DNA of 64,000 nt from a virus. Both the position numbers and the translations under genes were made by a program. The notes beneath the pieces are model-generated. The model did not search any database. It saw only the letters and a program-made list of their open reading frames with translations, and was not told the DNA's origin. Shown here one piece after another: positions 37,180 through 46,509 of the stretch. The DNA is taken from IMG/VR virus record IMGVR_UViG_3300043178_000087; one strand, written 5' to 3'. The first letter of the stretch is position 1. Every line of letters starts with the position of its first letter.

Positions 37180-37772
37180 TCGGGCTGAACGAGGCGGAGA
37201 CGAGCTTCGCCGTGTTCGACGGCGTGACCTACAAGTGCTACCGGGTCTACTCCAACGAGTCCGGTTTCGAGGGCGTGGCCCTGCATATGGAGGGGCCGGA
37301 TGACCCGGTGGCGAACTGGGTGTTCGACACCTTGCAGGGTGCGCCCGACAACTGGAAGCACCTTGACGAGCCCGAGGAAATCACCGACATCCGGTGGATC
37401 GGCAAGCGCGACGGCAGGAACGCGGACGGCGTTCTGATCCAGACCAGCAAGCGGCGGATCGCCTTCGGTTCCGTGGAGAAGGAGCGGCAGATGACCGCCG
37501 AGGAACAGGCGGAACACGCCGCCGCCGTGGACGCCTTGGCGAAGAAGCTGGCCGCGCAGGGCGGCAAAGTCACCAAGACCAGCAAGAAGAAGTCGGTCGT
37601 GACCGAGCCCGTGTTCTTTTGGGACACGAACGACACGACCATCAACGAGTACGAGGAGGAGCTTGTGCCGCCTCCCGGCGAGGGCGGACAGTTCCCCGAG
37701 GAGTGGGCGTTCCGCATGATGCACGCGGTCACGTTCGTCCACCGTTCGCGGGCGAGGGCGGGGATGCCGTGA
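37170..37772 (+). CDS. Hypothetical protein
   Basis: GAGGAGG RBS before GTG. Confidence 0.7.
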   Translation: MQLIGLNEAETSFAVFDGVTYKCYRVYSNESGFEGVALHMEGPDDPVANWVFDTLQGAPDNWKHLDEPEEITDIRWIGKRDGRNADGVLIQTSKRRIAFGSVEKERQMTAEEQAEHAAAVDALAKKLAAQGGKVTKTSKKKSVVTEPVFFWDTNDTTINEYEEELVPPPGEGGQFPEEWAFRMMHAVTFVHRSRARAGMP

Positions 37773-38794
37773 CCGATCCCAAGGCCGGAACATTCGGCGT
37801 GGTCAACTTCCGCAAGAGCAAGCCCATCTCCCTGTGGGTGGGCGGCAGGTGGCACCTACTAACGAAGCGTACGCTTTCCCTCACCGTCACCGGATCGAAG
37901 GACGTGATGAAGGAGATGGCGCAGGTTCTCCGCAAGAGGTTCCCCAAGCTTACGATCCGGCTGGTGCCTTACGAGGAACTGGTGCCGTGGCTGGTGGGTT
38001 CGGCCATGGCTGGCGTGCCTGATGACGCACAACGGCCCATTCTATTTATGGGACCGGCGACGACTGTGAGGATCAAATGAGCGACCTGGGCCACGAGTAT
38101 CAGCGGATTGAACAGTTCAAGCGCGAGGCCAACGGCGACCGGATCGTGTTCGAGAAGAAGATTCTTCTCCGATCCGGCAAGGTGTCGGCGGTCAAGCGGG
38201 AGCGGTTCGCCTACGCGCTCCGCAAGCTGGGCGAGGACGAGCTGGCCCAGCGCGTGCTGATGGTCGGCGCGATGAAGGAAATGGCCCAGTAGCCATGACC
38301 GAGCAGGAAATCAAGGCCCAGCTGCTGGAGATCGCAACCCTCCCGCTTGCGGAACTGGTTCCGGCTGGCCGCGCCTTGACAAAGGCCGTCAAGGACCAGT
38401 TTGGCGGCACGGAGGCTCTAACCGCGCTTCCTGAATGGCGGGCCTTGGTGAAGGCCCGTGGAAGGGAGATTGCGGCCTACAGGATGCCGCTTCAGGAAGG
38501 CAAGCCGTGAGCGCGGAGAACTGGGTCATCATGTCCGAGCTGGACACCTGTTCTATCAGCGCCCCCACCGTCATTCTGGACACCATGAAGGCGATACTAC
38601 CCGTACAGTTCTGGACCGGGACCGCGTGGGTCATGAATGAGGCCCAAAAGGCCAAGTGGTTTCCCAGCAAGGAGGCCGCCGATATCGAGGCGGTCGCTGC
38701 CGCCTTGATCTTGCCCAAAGGCTGGCTGATCGGCGTGGTGACCGAGACGGCCATTCCTGCTCCGCCTGCTGTTGACACCGAGGAAGTGACATGA
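37769..38794 (+). CDS. Run of four small coupled hypothetical genes (37769-38080, 38077-38292, 38295-38510, 38507-38794)
   Basis: Overlapping stop/start codons and phage-like codon usage. Confidence 0.55.
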
Positions 38795-39002
38795 CCACGG
38801 GGACCAAGGCCGATCTGCTTTGCCTCTTATCCTGTTCAGCATAATCACCGTGGCGCTCGCCATCCAGCGTTGGTTCGACGGGGACCGCTGGCCGGTGTTC
38901 GCCGTCTGCCTCCTGCTCCTCGTTCTGATCTGGCGGTTCATGACCGCGATCTTCAAGCTTCGGGATCGTCAGGCCATCGAGCGAATAATGTCCCAGCGTT
39001 GA
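38791..39002 (+). pseudogene. Small membrane protein with an apparent -1 frameshift at ~38820
   Basis: ATG 38791 is coupled to the upstream stop; the two-TM reading frame continues in the -1 frame. Confidence 0.45.
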
Positions 39003-39026
39003 CAAATCCGCCGCTAGGCACATAAT
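38999..39026 (+). promoter_or_regulatory. Promoter TTGACA-16-CATAAT (leaderless)
   Basis: ATG lies 5 nt downstream. Confidence 0.8.
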
Positions 39027-39031
39027 AAGTC

Positions 39032-40354
39032 ATGGAAATCAACGAGCGGATCAAGCAGTTGTTCCAGCGGCAGATCGAGAAGAACGCCGCTGCCGTGACA
39101 CTTGCCATGCGCCGTGGGCTGATCGAGGCCGAGTCCTTGGACCCGGCCAACCCTCACCACCGAGACGCCGTCATCAAGTACGAGGCAGGGAAAACCCCGC
39201 CCGCCAAGTTCGTGAAGACTGCCGACCTTGTGGAGCTGGACATGCTCATCAACAGCAAGAACAAAGCCAACAGGGAAGCGGGGTGGGAGGAAATCGAGGC
39301 GCGGTTGTCCGAGGGGCAGACCAAGTTCCTGATGGACATCATCCAGAACAAGGCTCTTGTGTCCGTCACCAGCGGCACGCAGGAGTGGGACAAGCGAATC
39401 ATGGACAGGCTGGTTCCCGTCCTTTCCGACGTTGCCATCGTGTCCGAGGATAACTGGCAGAGCGTTCGACGTTTCATCAACGCGGCCACCGAAGAACTGA
39501 TCGTCAAGGCCCGCGCCAACACCAAGCGCAAGGCCACCATTGCCGCCGTCGCCAGCGGTCAACAGGTCCGCCGTGCCAAGAGTGCGGACCCGCTTGCGTG
39601 CGCCATCGAGGAAGGCCAGTATGAGCGCATGAGGAACATCCACATCGAGGAAATCAAGCGGGAGCGGTGGGAGGAAGTGCGCGAGGCGTGGCTGGCTTCC
39701 ACGGAGGACAAGATCAAGGTACATCTTATCCGGCTTCCGTTCGAGTTCATCCAGCCTCACCTTCTGACGGCGCTGGAGGCCGAGGCCGCCGTCTGTCCGA
39801 CTCATTTTGACAAGTGCCACAGGAAGTGGCCAGTCCCCAAGAAGTCCCTCAAGGATCTGTCCCCATCCGCGCTGGTGTATCACCTGAAAGCCGTGTGCAA
39901 CGGCACCAGCAAGGTGGACGCCCCGATCACCGGGCAGGATCTTGTCTCCGATCTGGCCCCGATGCTGGTCATGGAGGCCCTGCACAACCCCGAGGTCACT
40001 TCGGTCACGCATTGGCTGGAAGGGCTTCGCAAGGCGCGGAAACTGCTGGGGTACAAGAACCATCCCGCCGCCCGCACGGAACAGGAAGCTGCCATGATCG
40101 AATGCGTCATCACGTCCCTCGACGGCGATTACATCAATAGCGATTCTGTGGAATACTTCTCCAGAGCGGGCAGCAGCTTCGCGGATGCCATGAAGCTGTT
40201 CCTGAATCTGGACGAGGCCACGCAGAAGCGGCTTGCCGGAACCATCCTCTCGTCCAAGGTGTCTTCTTACGGAAGGCATACGGTGGAAGAAGCCATGAGC
40301 AGTTTGTTCCGCGGCCATCTGACCAATTACGACGCTTTTGGAGCGGACATTTAA
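39032..40354 (+). CDS. Helical hypothetical protein, paralog A
   Basis: Shares DPL..AIE.G..R......E....ERW....EAWL with the next gene. Confidence 0.7.
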   Translation: MEINERIKQLFQRQIEKNAAAVTLAMRRGLIEAESLDPANPHHRDAVIKYEAGKTPPAKFVKTADLVELDMLINSKNKANREAGWEEIEARLSEGQTKFLMDIIQNKALVSVTSGTQEWDKRIMDRLVPVLSDVAIVSEDNWQSVRRFINAATEELIVKARANTKRKATIAAVASGQQVRRAKSADPLACAIEEGQYERMRNIHIEEIKRERWEEVREAWLASTEDKIKVHLIRLPFEFIQPHLLTALEAEAAVCPTHFDKCHRKWPVPKKSLKDLSPSALVYHLKAVCNGTSKVDAPITGQDLVSDLAPMLVMEALHNPEVTSVTHWLEGLRKARKLLGYKNHPAARTEQEAAMIECVITSLDGDYINSDSVEYFSRAGSSFADAMKLFLNLDEATQKRLAGTILSSKVSSYGRHTVEEAMSSLFRGHLTNYDAFGADI

Positions 40355-41610
40355 TGATCAACTTGCTTTCCAATCTGGTGCGCGGACAGGCGGCCACTAG
40401 TTCCGGAGTCTGCGACGCGGCCCTGCACAAAGGTGTCCTCAAGCCGCAGGATCTGGACATCCGAAACGAGAATCACCAGACCGGGCTTCGACACTTTCTC
40501 CAGCGTTTGGAGGATGACTCCGGCACCAAACTCCCCGTAGTTCCTGAGAAGTGGTTCAAGTATCTCTCCGCGAACACCGTCATGCGGTACGCCTCCGAAG
40601 GCAATCAGCGGGCCGTGGAGTTCGTTGCCAACGAGATCGCGCAAAAACAAATTCCCGTGGACAAGATCCGGTTCTCCGCCGACAAGTTCCCCGCGTCGTG
40701 GCAGGAGGCGGTGGCGACACAGCTTTCGGCCTGTTCGGACTGGGACCTGTACCACGCGGTTCAGGACAGGCTGGACGGAGATGTATGCGCCCGCATTCGG
40801 ACCACGATCGCTAAGAACGTGCAGCGCGTCGAGGTGGAGAAGAAGAAGGAGAAGGCCGAGAAGCGGGCCAACCAGGTCGAGAAGAAGGACCCGCTGGAAA
40901 TCGCCATCGAGTCGGGCTACGCGAACAGGTTCCGCAAGCTGCGCCTTGAGTCCCTCAGCAAGGAGCGCTGGAACAAGTACAAGGAGGCGTGGCTCAAGGC
41001 GTCCCCCGAGGTCGCGTCGTTGATCGCCAAGGTTCCAGAACAGTTGATGCGCCCGCACGAGGGGGCGGTGCTTTCGGCCATCATCGAGTGCGGGGACAAC
41101 TTCCCGGAATGGCCTGTGACCAAGGCGGTTTTCAAGACGCTGCCGTTCTCCCAGCAGTTCAAGTACGTCCAGAGGCGCATCGCCTTCAACACCGACAGCA
41201 TGGGCTTCGACGAGCCTCTGACCATGGAGGAGTACAAGGACATCCTCATGGCGGCCACCCTGTCCGGCGAGAAGGCCGAGAACCTGACCCGCTGGATCAA
41301 CGGACGGGAGACGGCTCACAAGCTGCTGACGCTCAAGGGGAACGAGCCCCTTCCCCCGGAGGAGGAGAAGGCCCTCAACATCCTGTTCGTTGACGGCTTC
41401 TGTTCTTTCGATATACACAGCTGGGTGCAGAACGAGGCGAACGACGACAACGACGGAACGGCTTCCATGAACGCCATACTCAAGATTCTGGAGACGGTGG
41501 TGACGCTTCCCGCCAAGGCGCAGACCGCCTACGCCCGATTCTTCCGAAAGAACAAGGGCCTGCTGGAGACTGCCTTCGGAGAGAATTGCGGCGCATTCTT
41601 GACAAAGTAG
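40354..41610 (+). CDS. Helical hypothetical protein, paralog B
   Basis: TAATG coupling; shared motif with 39032. Confidence 0.7.
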   Translation: MINLLSNLVRGQAATSSGVCDAALHKGVLKPQDLDIRNENHQTGLRHFLQRLEDDSGTKLPVVPEKWFKYLSANTVMRYASEGNQRAVEFVANEIAQKQIPVDKIRFSADKFPASWQEAVATQLSACSDWDLYHAVQDRLDGDVCARIRTTIAKNVQRVEVEKKKEKAEKRANQVEKKDPLEIAIESGYANRFRKLRLESLSKERWNKYKEAWLKASPEVASLIAKVPEQLMRPHEGAVLSAIIECGDNFPEWPVTKAVFKTLPFSQQFKYVQRRIAFNTDSMGFDEPLTMEEYKDILMAATLSGEKAENLTRWINGRETAHKLLTLKGNEPLPPEEEKALNILFVDGFCSFDIHSWVQNEANDDNDGTASMNAILKILETVVTLPAKAQTAYARFFRKNKGLLETAFGENCGAFLTK

Positions 41611-41626
41611 GGCTCAGACACATAAT
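41599..41626 (+). promoter_or_regulatory. Promoter TTGACA-16-CATAAT
   Basis: Followed by a GAGGAGATAGAAG RBS. Confidence 0.8.
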
Positions 41627-41645
41627 AGAGCGAGGAGATAGAAGC

Positions 41646-42758
41646 ATGAGCCAGACGCAGCGTGTCACCCTGTACTGCACCGACGGCGGAAGCAACAAGC
41701 AGTACACCATCTGGAAGGAGCAGCAGGGTTCCGGCTGGCTGGTCAACTTCGAGTACGGCCCGGTCGGAGGTTGGCTTCAGGCCGGGTCCAAGACCAAGTG
41801 CCCGGTCGCTCAGGCCGAGGCTGACAAGGTGTACGCCAAGATCCTCAAGGAGAAGAAGGCCAAGGGCTACGTCGAGGGCGGTGCCGCCCCGGCCTTCGCC
41901 CCGGCCCCCGCTCACGCCGCCAGCCTCTCCGACAGCGGGCTGCGCCCCATGCTCCTGACCCCCGACACCGAGGAGAGCATGGAGTCCTACCTGACCGACG
42001 ACGGGTGGGCAGCTCAGGAGAAGATGAACGGCATCCGGCTCATGGTCCGGGTGACGCCCAAGACCCCCGCCGTGGGGGTCAACCGTCGCGGGCTGGAACG
42101 GCCCATCCCCCAGATCCTCGTCAACTCGCTGATCGGTCAGAACGTCGTGCTGGACGGCGAACTGATCGGCACCACCTTTCACACCTTCGACATTCTGGAG
42201 CAGGAGGGACAGGACTGCCGTTCCGAGGCTTTCATGGCCCGCATGGCGCGACTGGAGAAGCTGGTCCGCGTGATCGGCTCTCCGTGCGTCCTGCCGGTCC
42301 CCGCCGTGACGGGGGAGGCCAAGAAGCGCGAACTGGTCAACCGCCTCAAGACCGACCGCAAGGAAGGCGTCGTGTTCAAGCGGACCAACGAGGTCTACGA
42401 GCCGGGTCGCCGCGAGAACGTCAAGAAGGCCCTCGCGGTCAAGGTCAAGTTCTACAAGGCCATCTCCCCGGTCGTGATCGGCTGGAAGAACGGCAAGCAG
42501 TCTGTCGAGGTCGGCCTTCGGGACCAGACCGAGGGCAACGAGGCCCGGATGGTGTCCGTGGGCTGGGTGACGGTCCCGACCAAGTACGTCGGCCAGATCG
42601 AGGTCGGAAAGCCCGTCCGGGTCCGCTACCTGTACGCCACGGATGGCAGCCAGCTCTATCAGGCCCATCTGGACCCCACCGACGACGGCAAGGTGATGGC
42701 CGACCAGATCATGGCCGACCCCCTCACCGACCTGAGTTTCGAGGGGAAGGACGAGTAG
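41646..42758 (+). CDS. WGR-domain ATP-dependent DNA ligase
   Basis: N-terminal WGR-like domain (SNKQY..YGPVG..KEKKAKGY). PMLL, QEKMNGIR (motif I), LDGEL, FDIL, EGVVFKR, then an OB-like C-terminus. Confidence 0.8.
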   Translation: MSQTQRVTLYCTDGGSNKQYTIWKEQQGSGWLVNFEYGPVGGWLQAGSKTKCPVAQAEADKVYAKILKEKKAKGYVEGGAAPAFAPAPAHAASLSDSGLRPMLLTPDTEESMESYLTDDGWAAQEKMNGIRLMVRVTPKTPAVGVNRRGLERPIPQILVNSLIGQNVVLDGELIGTTFHTFDILEQEGQDCRSEAFMARMARLEKLVRVIGSPCVLPVPAVTGEAKKRELVNRLKTDRKEGVVFKRTNEVYEPGRRENVKKALAVKVKFYKAISPVVIGWKNGKQSVEVGLRDQTEGNEARMVSVGWVTVPTKYVGQIEVGKPVRVRYLYATDGSQLYQAHLDPTDDGKVMADQIMADPLTDLSFEGKDE

Positions 42759-42786
42759 TTGACAAATCAGTAGCCCATGGCATAAT
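42759..42786 (+). promoter_or_regulatory. Promoter TTGACA-16-CATAAT
   Basis: Directly after a stop; followed by a GAGGAGATAGAAG RBS. Confidence 0.8.
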
Positions 42787-42815
42787 AATAAAGTGTCAGT
42801 ACGAGGAGATAGAAG

Positions 42816-43554
42816 ATGCCGTGGCCGAAAGGCAAATCCCGTGGTTCCCGGTGTAAGGTCTGCAAGCGGTACTTCCAGCCCAACGGGCTGGGGCCGCACA
42901 TGACCTCCCACAAGGAGAAGAGAGAGCGGCGGTTCGACAACGAGAAGGAACCGCTCATCAAGCTGCTGAGGAAGGCGGCGGCTCTGCGCGAGGAGGCCAA
43001 CCAGATCGAGGTCGCCGTCCGCGCCATCCTGCGGCTTTGCAAGACGTACGCCACCTAACCATGTACAAGATCCTCATCACCGACAAGCGCGGTGGGACCA
43101 TCATCGAGGACTTTGATGGGCTGTGGGAACTGGTGAAGCAGATCGCTCTGGGCATCGACCGACGGGTGCTTGGGATCGAGGACGCTGATGAAGGACAATA
43201 CGACTGATGGGTGACCACCTGACCTGCGGCGCTTGCGGCGAGATGGACGGTGTTGAGGCCGGTGGGATCTACTACTGCCCCAACAAGTATTGCTCCGTGT
43301 CCGGCGCGTGGAATGCTCGCCTCAAAGCTGGCTACCAAGACGACAAAGGCCAAATGAGCAACGAGCAGCTTCTTCGGATGCGGGATGACTGCCACAAGGA
43401 GCTTGCCATCGCCTTCAAGTTTCGCAATCGTAAGCGGTGCCTCATCCTCGTCCGCTGTGCCCGCCGGATCAAGAAGCGGGTCTGCGAAGCGGTGGGCGCG
43501 GAAGTCGAGGAGGCCGCAAAGCCCTGTGACGACGCCGCAATCGCTTCCCGGTGA
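42816..43554 (+). CDS. Three small hypothetical genes (42816-43058, 43061-43207, 43207-43554)
   Basis: Coupled ORFs; C2H2-like and CxxC motifs. Confidence 0.55.
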
Positions 43555-44113
43555 TGTCAGGAGCGGCAAGATCGCCCTCCTGCCGCTGGGCCGCCCGCCG
43601 GAGTTCGATGCGCTCAAGGCGGACATCCTCAAGCTTGTGGCCGAGGAGAAGCCGGAGATCTCCGAGAACTACGGCGGGGTCATGCAATGGACCCTGTTCA
43701 GCCCCAACTCCGACATGGCCGTTCCCATGAAGAAGGCCCTCCAGACGCCGGGGAAGATCACGTTTCACCACGCGGACAAGTACCCGGTTGTGGCGGCGTT
43801 CCTGTCCAAGAATCCGGAGCTGATGACGTGTCGCATCATCGGCGTCGGCCCCGGCGGCGGAGTGCCCAAGCACAAGGACGCCAACATCGCCGGGGGCATC
43901 GTTGTCTGCCGGTTCCACCTGCCCATCCAGACCGCCGAGGGCATCGACATGGAACTGGACGGCAAGCTTGTGGAGATGGAAGAGGGAATGGTCTACCTGT
44001 TCAACTTCGGGCTGGAACACCGCTCCCTCAACCGCAGCCAGACCGTCCGACTGCACCTGATTTGGGACCTTCCCCTCATTCCCGAAGTGTGCCGAAGGCT
44101 GTTGACAAAATAG
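43526..44113 (+). CDS. 2OG-Fe(II) oxygenase, Asp/Asn beta-hydroxylase-like (start uncertain)
   Basis: VPKHKD..RFHLPIQT..MEEG..Y.FN..LEHRS.N...RLHLIWD. Confidence 0.75.
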   Translation: MTTPQSLPGDVRSGKIALLPLGRPPEFDALKADILKLVAEEKPEISENYGGVMQWTLFSPNSDMAVPMKKALQTPGKITFHHADKYPVVAAFLSKNPELMTCRIIGVGPGGGVPKHKDANIAGGIVVCRFHLPIQTAEGIDMELDGKLVEMEEGMVYLFNFGLEHRSLNRSQTVRLHLIWDLPLIPEVCRRLLTK

Positions 44114-44129
44114 GTTTTCGTGACATAAT
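44102..44129 (+). promoter_or_regulatory. Promoter TTGACA-16-CATAAT (leaderless)
   Basis: ATG lies 6 nt downstream. Confidence 0.8.
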
Positions 44130-44135
44130 AGGCAT

Positions 44136-44497
44136 ATGAGCGACATCGGAATCGGCAAGCTCGTCGGCGGAGATGCCAAGCGGGACGCCATCCATCCCGC
44201 CGGGTGCGCCTGCACGCAGGCCGCCAGACGCGAACGCGAGATCGAGGAGAACAAGAAGGCTGGCCAGAAGCTGGCCGAGATCTTCGCCGCCAAGCTGGCG
44301 GAGCCGCCCCTCAAGCCCGGCGTCAAGGTCCGCCCCACCCCCAAAGAGCCCGGCGAGAGCTACATCAAGAGCTTGGCGGTGGAGCTGGACGGCGACGACG
44401 ACCGAGATCCCATCGAGCGGGCGCAGGACATCCTCTCGACGCGGTGTGCTGCACCGGGCTTCGGACGGACGAGTTCAACTGGGAGCTGATTCCGTGA
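44136..44497 (+). CDS. Hypothetical protein, probable -1 frameshift at ~44435
   Basis: The -1 frame LDAVCCTGLRTDEFNWELIP* has phage-like codons and its stop overlaps the next GTG. Confidence 0.5.
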
Positions 44498-45036
44498 AGT
44501 GGTGGGTCAAGCAGCGATTGTTGAAACCGCGCCTGCTGTGGGCAGACCTTTGGTGGGGGTTCCTGCACCGCACGTTCAAGAGGTTTAACAAGGTTGAGAT
44601 GCCGTCGCTCAAGCCCGGCTACTACGACGTGGACCACCGGATGCTCCACGCCTGCTTCAACCTGCTGGTTGGGTTCGTGGAGCGGGAGAAGCCGTTCGAT
44701 CAAGGCATCGACTGGGACCACACCCCGGAATTAGCGCACGCCGCACGGGAGATCAAGAGCCTCTACAACTGGTGGAAGGAGTCCTACCTGTGCCGCCGGA
44801 GCCTGCTGGACGACCTGCCGGAGGACAAGCAACCCAAGCCATTCCAGATGTGGAGTACGGACGCGAAAGGGGGCGGTCTGTCCTACGGTCCCAAGGAACG
44901 AAAGCTTGAGGATCTGGTCTTCCCTGAGTACACCGCCGCCGTGAAGCTCCAGATGGACCAGGAAACCGAGTGGGAACGCGAGGAACAGGAGAACCTGATC
45001 CGGCTCATCAACATTCGCGGCTACCTCTGGACGTAG
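44494..45036 (+). CDS. Hypothetical protein
   Basis: Coupled GTG; YYDVD..LHACF.LL..FVE.E motif. Confidence 0.65.
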   Translation: MKWWVKQRLLKPRLLWADLWWGFLHRTFKRFNKVEMPSLKPGYYDVDHRMLHACFNLLVGFVEREKPFDQGIDWDHTPELAHAAREIKSLYNWWKESYLCRRSLLDDLPEDKQPKPFQMWSTDAKGGGLSYGPKERKLEDLVFPEYTAAVKLQMDQETEWEREEQENLIRLINIRGYLWT

Positions 45037-45064
45037 TCGACAAAAATAGCGCCAAAGACATAAT
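45037..45064 (+). promoter_or_regulatory. Promoter TCGACA-16-CATAAT (leaderless)
   Basis: ATG lies 5 nt downstream. Confidence 0.75.
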
Positions 45065-45069
45065 AGGGC

Positions 45070-45732
45070 ATGAACAGTCCTGTTTACCTGTGGCGGCCCC
45101 GGTTCGTGAAGCGGGTCGGCTACAAGGTGGATTTCCCTCGCATCCTCCCGTGGATGCTTCGCAAGTCGGGCTATCAACTCAACACGTTCTTTCCCTCGGA
45201 CGACCCGCAGATGGTTGAACCCAAGCTGCGGGACAAGGGCGTGGTCAGCGCCATCGTGGGAAGCCACCCGAAGTTCGAGCAGCTCCGCAAGGTCAAACCG
45301 GAGATCGTGGAGGGCTTGAAGAAGACCGGGGCGACGTACCACGAGATAGAAGAGATCATGCACACCATCAGCAGGGAGCGGCTGTTCCAGACGGTCGGTG
45401 ACATCCTCAATCGGTGGATGCGCCGCCGCCCCGCACGGCAGATCATCTTCGGGGAGTTCCCCGCCGAACAGTACACCGTACCGTTCAACGAAGGCTGGCG
45501 CGGGCCGTGGTACGTCTACGAAAAAGTCCGCCGGGTGATCGGGGAGTACGTCCCCGGATACGACTCCGGCGACGGTGAGTATGATCCCCCGTCCATCAAG
45601 GCCAAGCACATCACCCTGTACCGGGTGGGTAGCTATCTGCACAAGCCGCAGTTTCTACTCCCCGAGGACACCATGACCGGGGAGGAGTTTCAGGATCTTC
45701 GGCAGACTTCGGAGGTCATGTCCAATGCCTGA
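45070..45732 (+). CDS. Hypothetical protein
   Basis: Directly after a promoter. Confidence 0.7.
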   Translation: MNSPVYLWRPRFVKRVGYKVDFPRILPWMLRKSGYQLNTFFPSDDPQMVEPKLRDKGVVSAIVGSHPKFEQLRKVKPEIVEGLKKTGATYHEIEEIMHTISRERLFQTVGDILNRWMRRRPARQIIFGEFPAEQYTVPFNEGWRGPWYVYEKVRRVIGEYVPGYDSGDGEYDPPSIKAKHITLYRVGSYLHKPQFLLPEDTMTGEEFQDLRQTSEVMSNA

Positions 45733-46258
45733 TTCCGCCCTGTCGCGCCGCGACTGGCCCCGGCTTGGCAACGGGATCGTCGTGGGTCAGGTCGCCCAAG
45801 CCTACAACTTCCGCAAGTGTCAGGAGTGCAAGGCAGAGCTGGTGCAGGGCGAACCTGCTCTACAGTTTGGGGTCAGCGTCACCAACATCAGCAACGGATC
45901 CACGGCCACTAGCGAATGGTGCGTGTCCTGCGGGATCAAACTGCTGGCCTCCCTCCAGTCGTGGGCCGCCGAGGCGCAGGACTGGCTCTCCAAGGCCAGC
46001 AAGGAAATGGAGGCGTTCAGCGTGGCGCGGGCCTTGATGGGCGGGGCGGATCGTGCCAAACTGACCGCGCTGCTCAAGAAGTCGCTGCCCAAGAACTTCT
46101 GCCGCAAGTGCTGTCACGCCCACGAAAGGCATGGGCGCAGACAGGTCCATGGTGAAAATTGGTGTTCGTGTTGCGAGGTCGAAGATGACAAAGAAGAAGC
46201 TGGAACAGCCGGAGCAGAAGACGCAAACCATCCCGATGTTCAAGGTGCTGTTCCATAA
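45725..46258 (+). CDS. Cys-rich hypothetical protein
   Basis: CQEC..CVSC..CRKCCHAH. Confidence 0.55.
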   Translation: MPDSALSRRDWPRLGNGIVVGQVAQAYNFRKCQECKAELVQGEPALQFGVSVTNISNGSTATSEWCVSCGIKLLASLQSWAAEAQDWLSKASKEMEAFSVARALMGGADRAKLTALLKKSLPKNFCRKCCHAHERHGRRQVHGENWCSCCEVEDDKEEAGTAGAEDANHPDVQGAVP

Positions 46259-46478
46259 CGACGACAAGACCACGATGGAGTTCGTGGTTGCGGTCCTCGT
46301 GGAGATCTTCCGCAAGGATCAGGAGTCCGCCGTGAAGATCATGATGGAGGTCCACGAGAAGGGCATCGGCCTCGTCGCGGTCGAGCCCTACGAGCGGGCG
46401 GAGTTCCACCGGGATCAAGTGGTCAGCCTCGCCCGTGCGCGTGGGTATCCTTTGGCCGTCAGCATCGAACCGGCGTAG
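46185..46478 (+). CDS. clpS: ATP-dependent Clp protease adaptor ClpS
   Basis: PMFKVLFHNDDKTTMEFVV.VL..IF....A..IMMEVHEKG.G.V..YE.AE..GYPL. Confidence 0.92.
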   Translation: MTKKKLEQPEQKTQTIPMFKVLFHNDDKTTMEFVVAVLVEIFRKDQESAVKIMMEVHEKGIGLVAVEPYERAEFHRDQVVSLARARGYPLAVSIEPA

Positions 46479-46506
46479 TTGACAAACGCCAGCTTAGTGA
46501 CATAAT
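46479..46506 (+). promoter_or_regulatory. Promoter TTGACA-16-CATAAT driving a non-coding region
   Basis: No plausible + strand ORF before the next promoter. Confidence 0.8.
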
Positions 46507-46509
46507 AGA

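Noticed and set aside
38376-38383. TTGACAAA inside ORF 38295 (similarly at 49682)
   Set aside because: No -10 box at 16-17 bp spacing; explained by codons.
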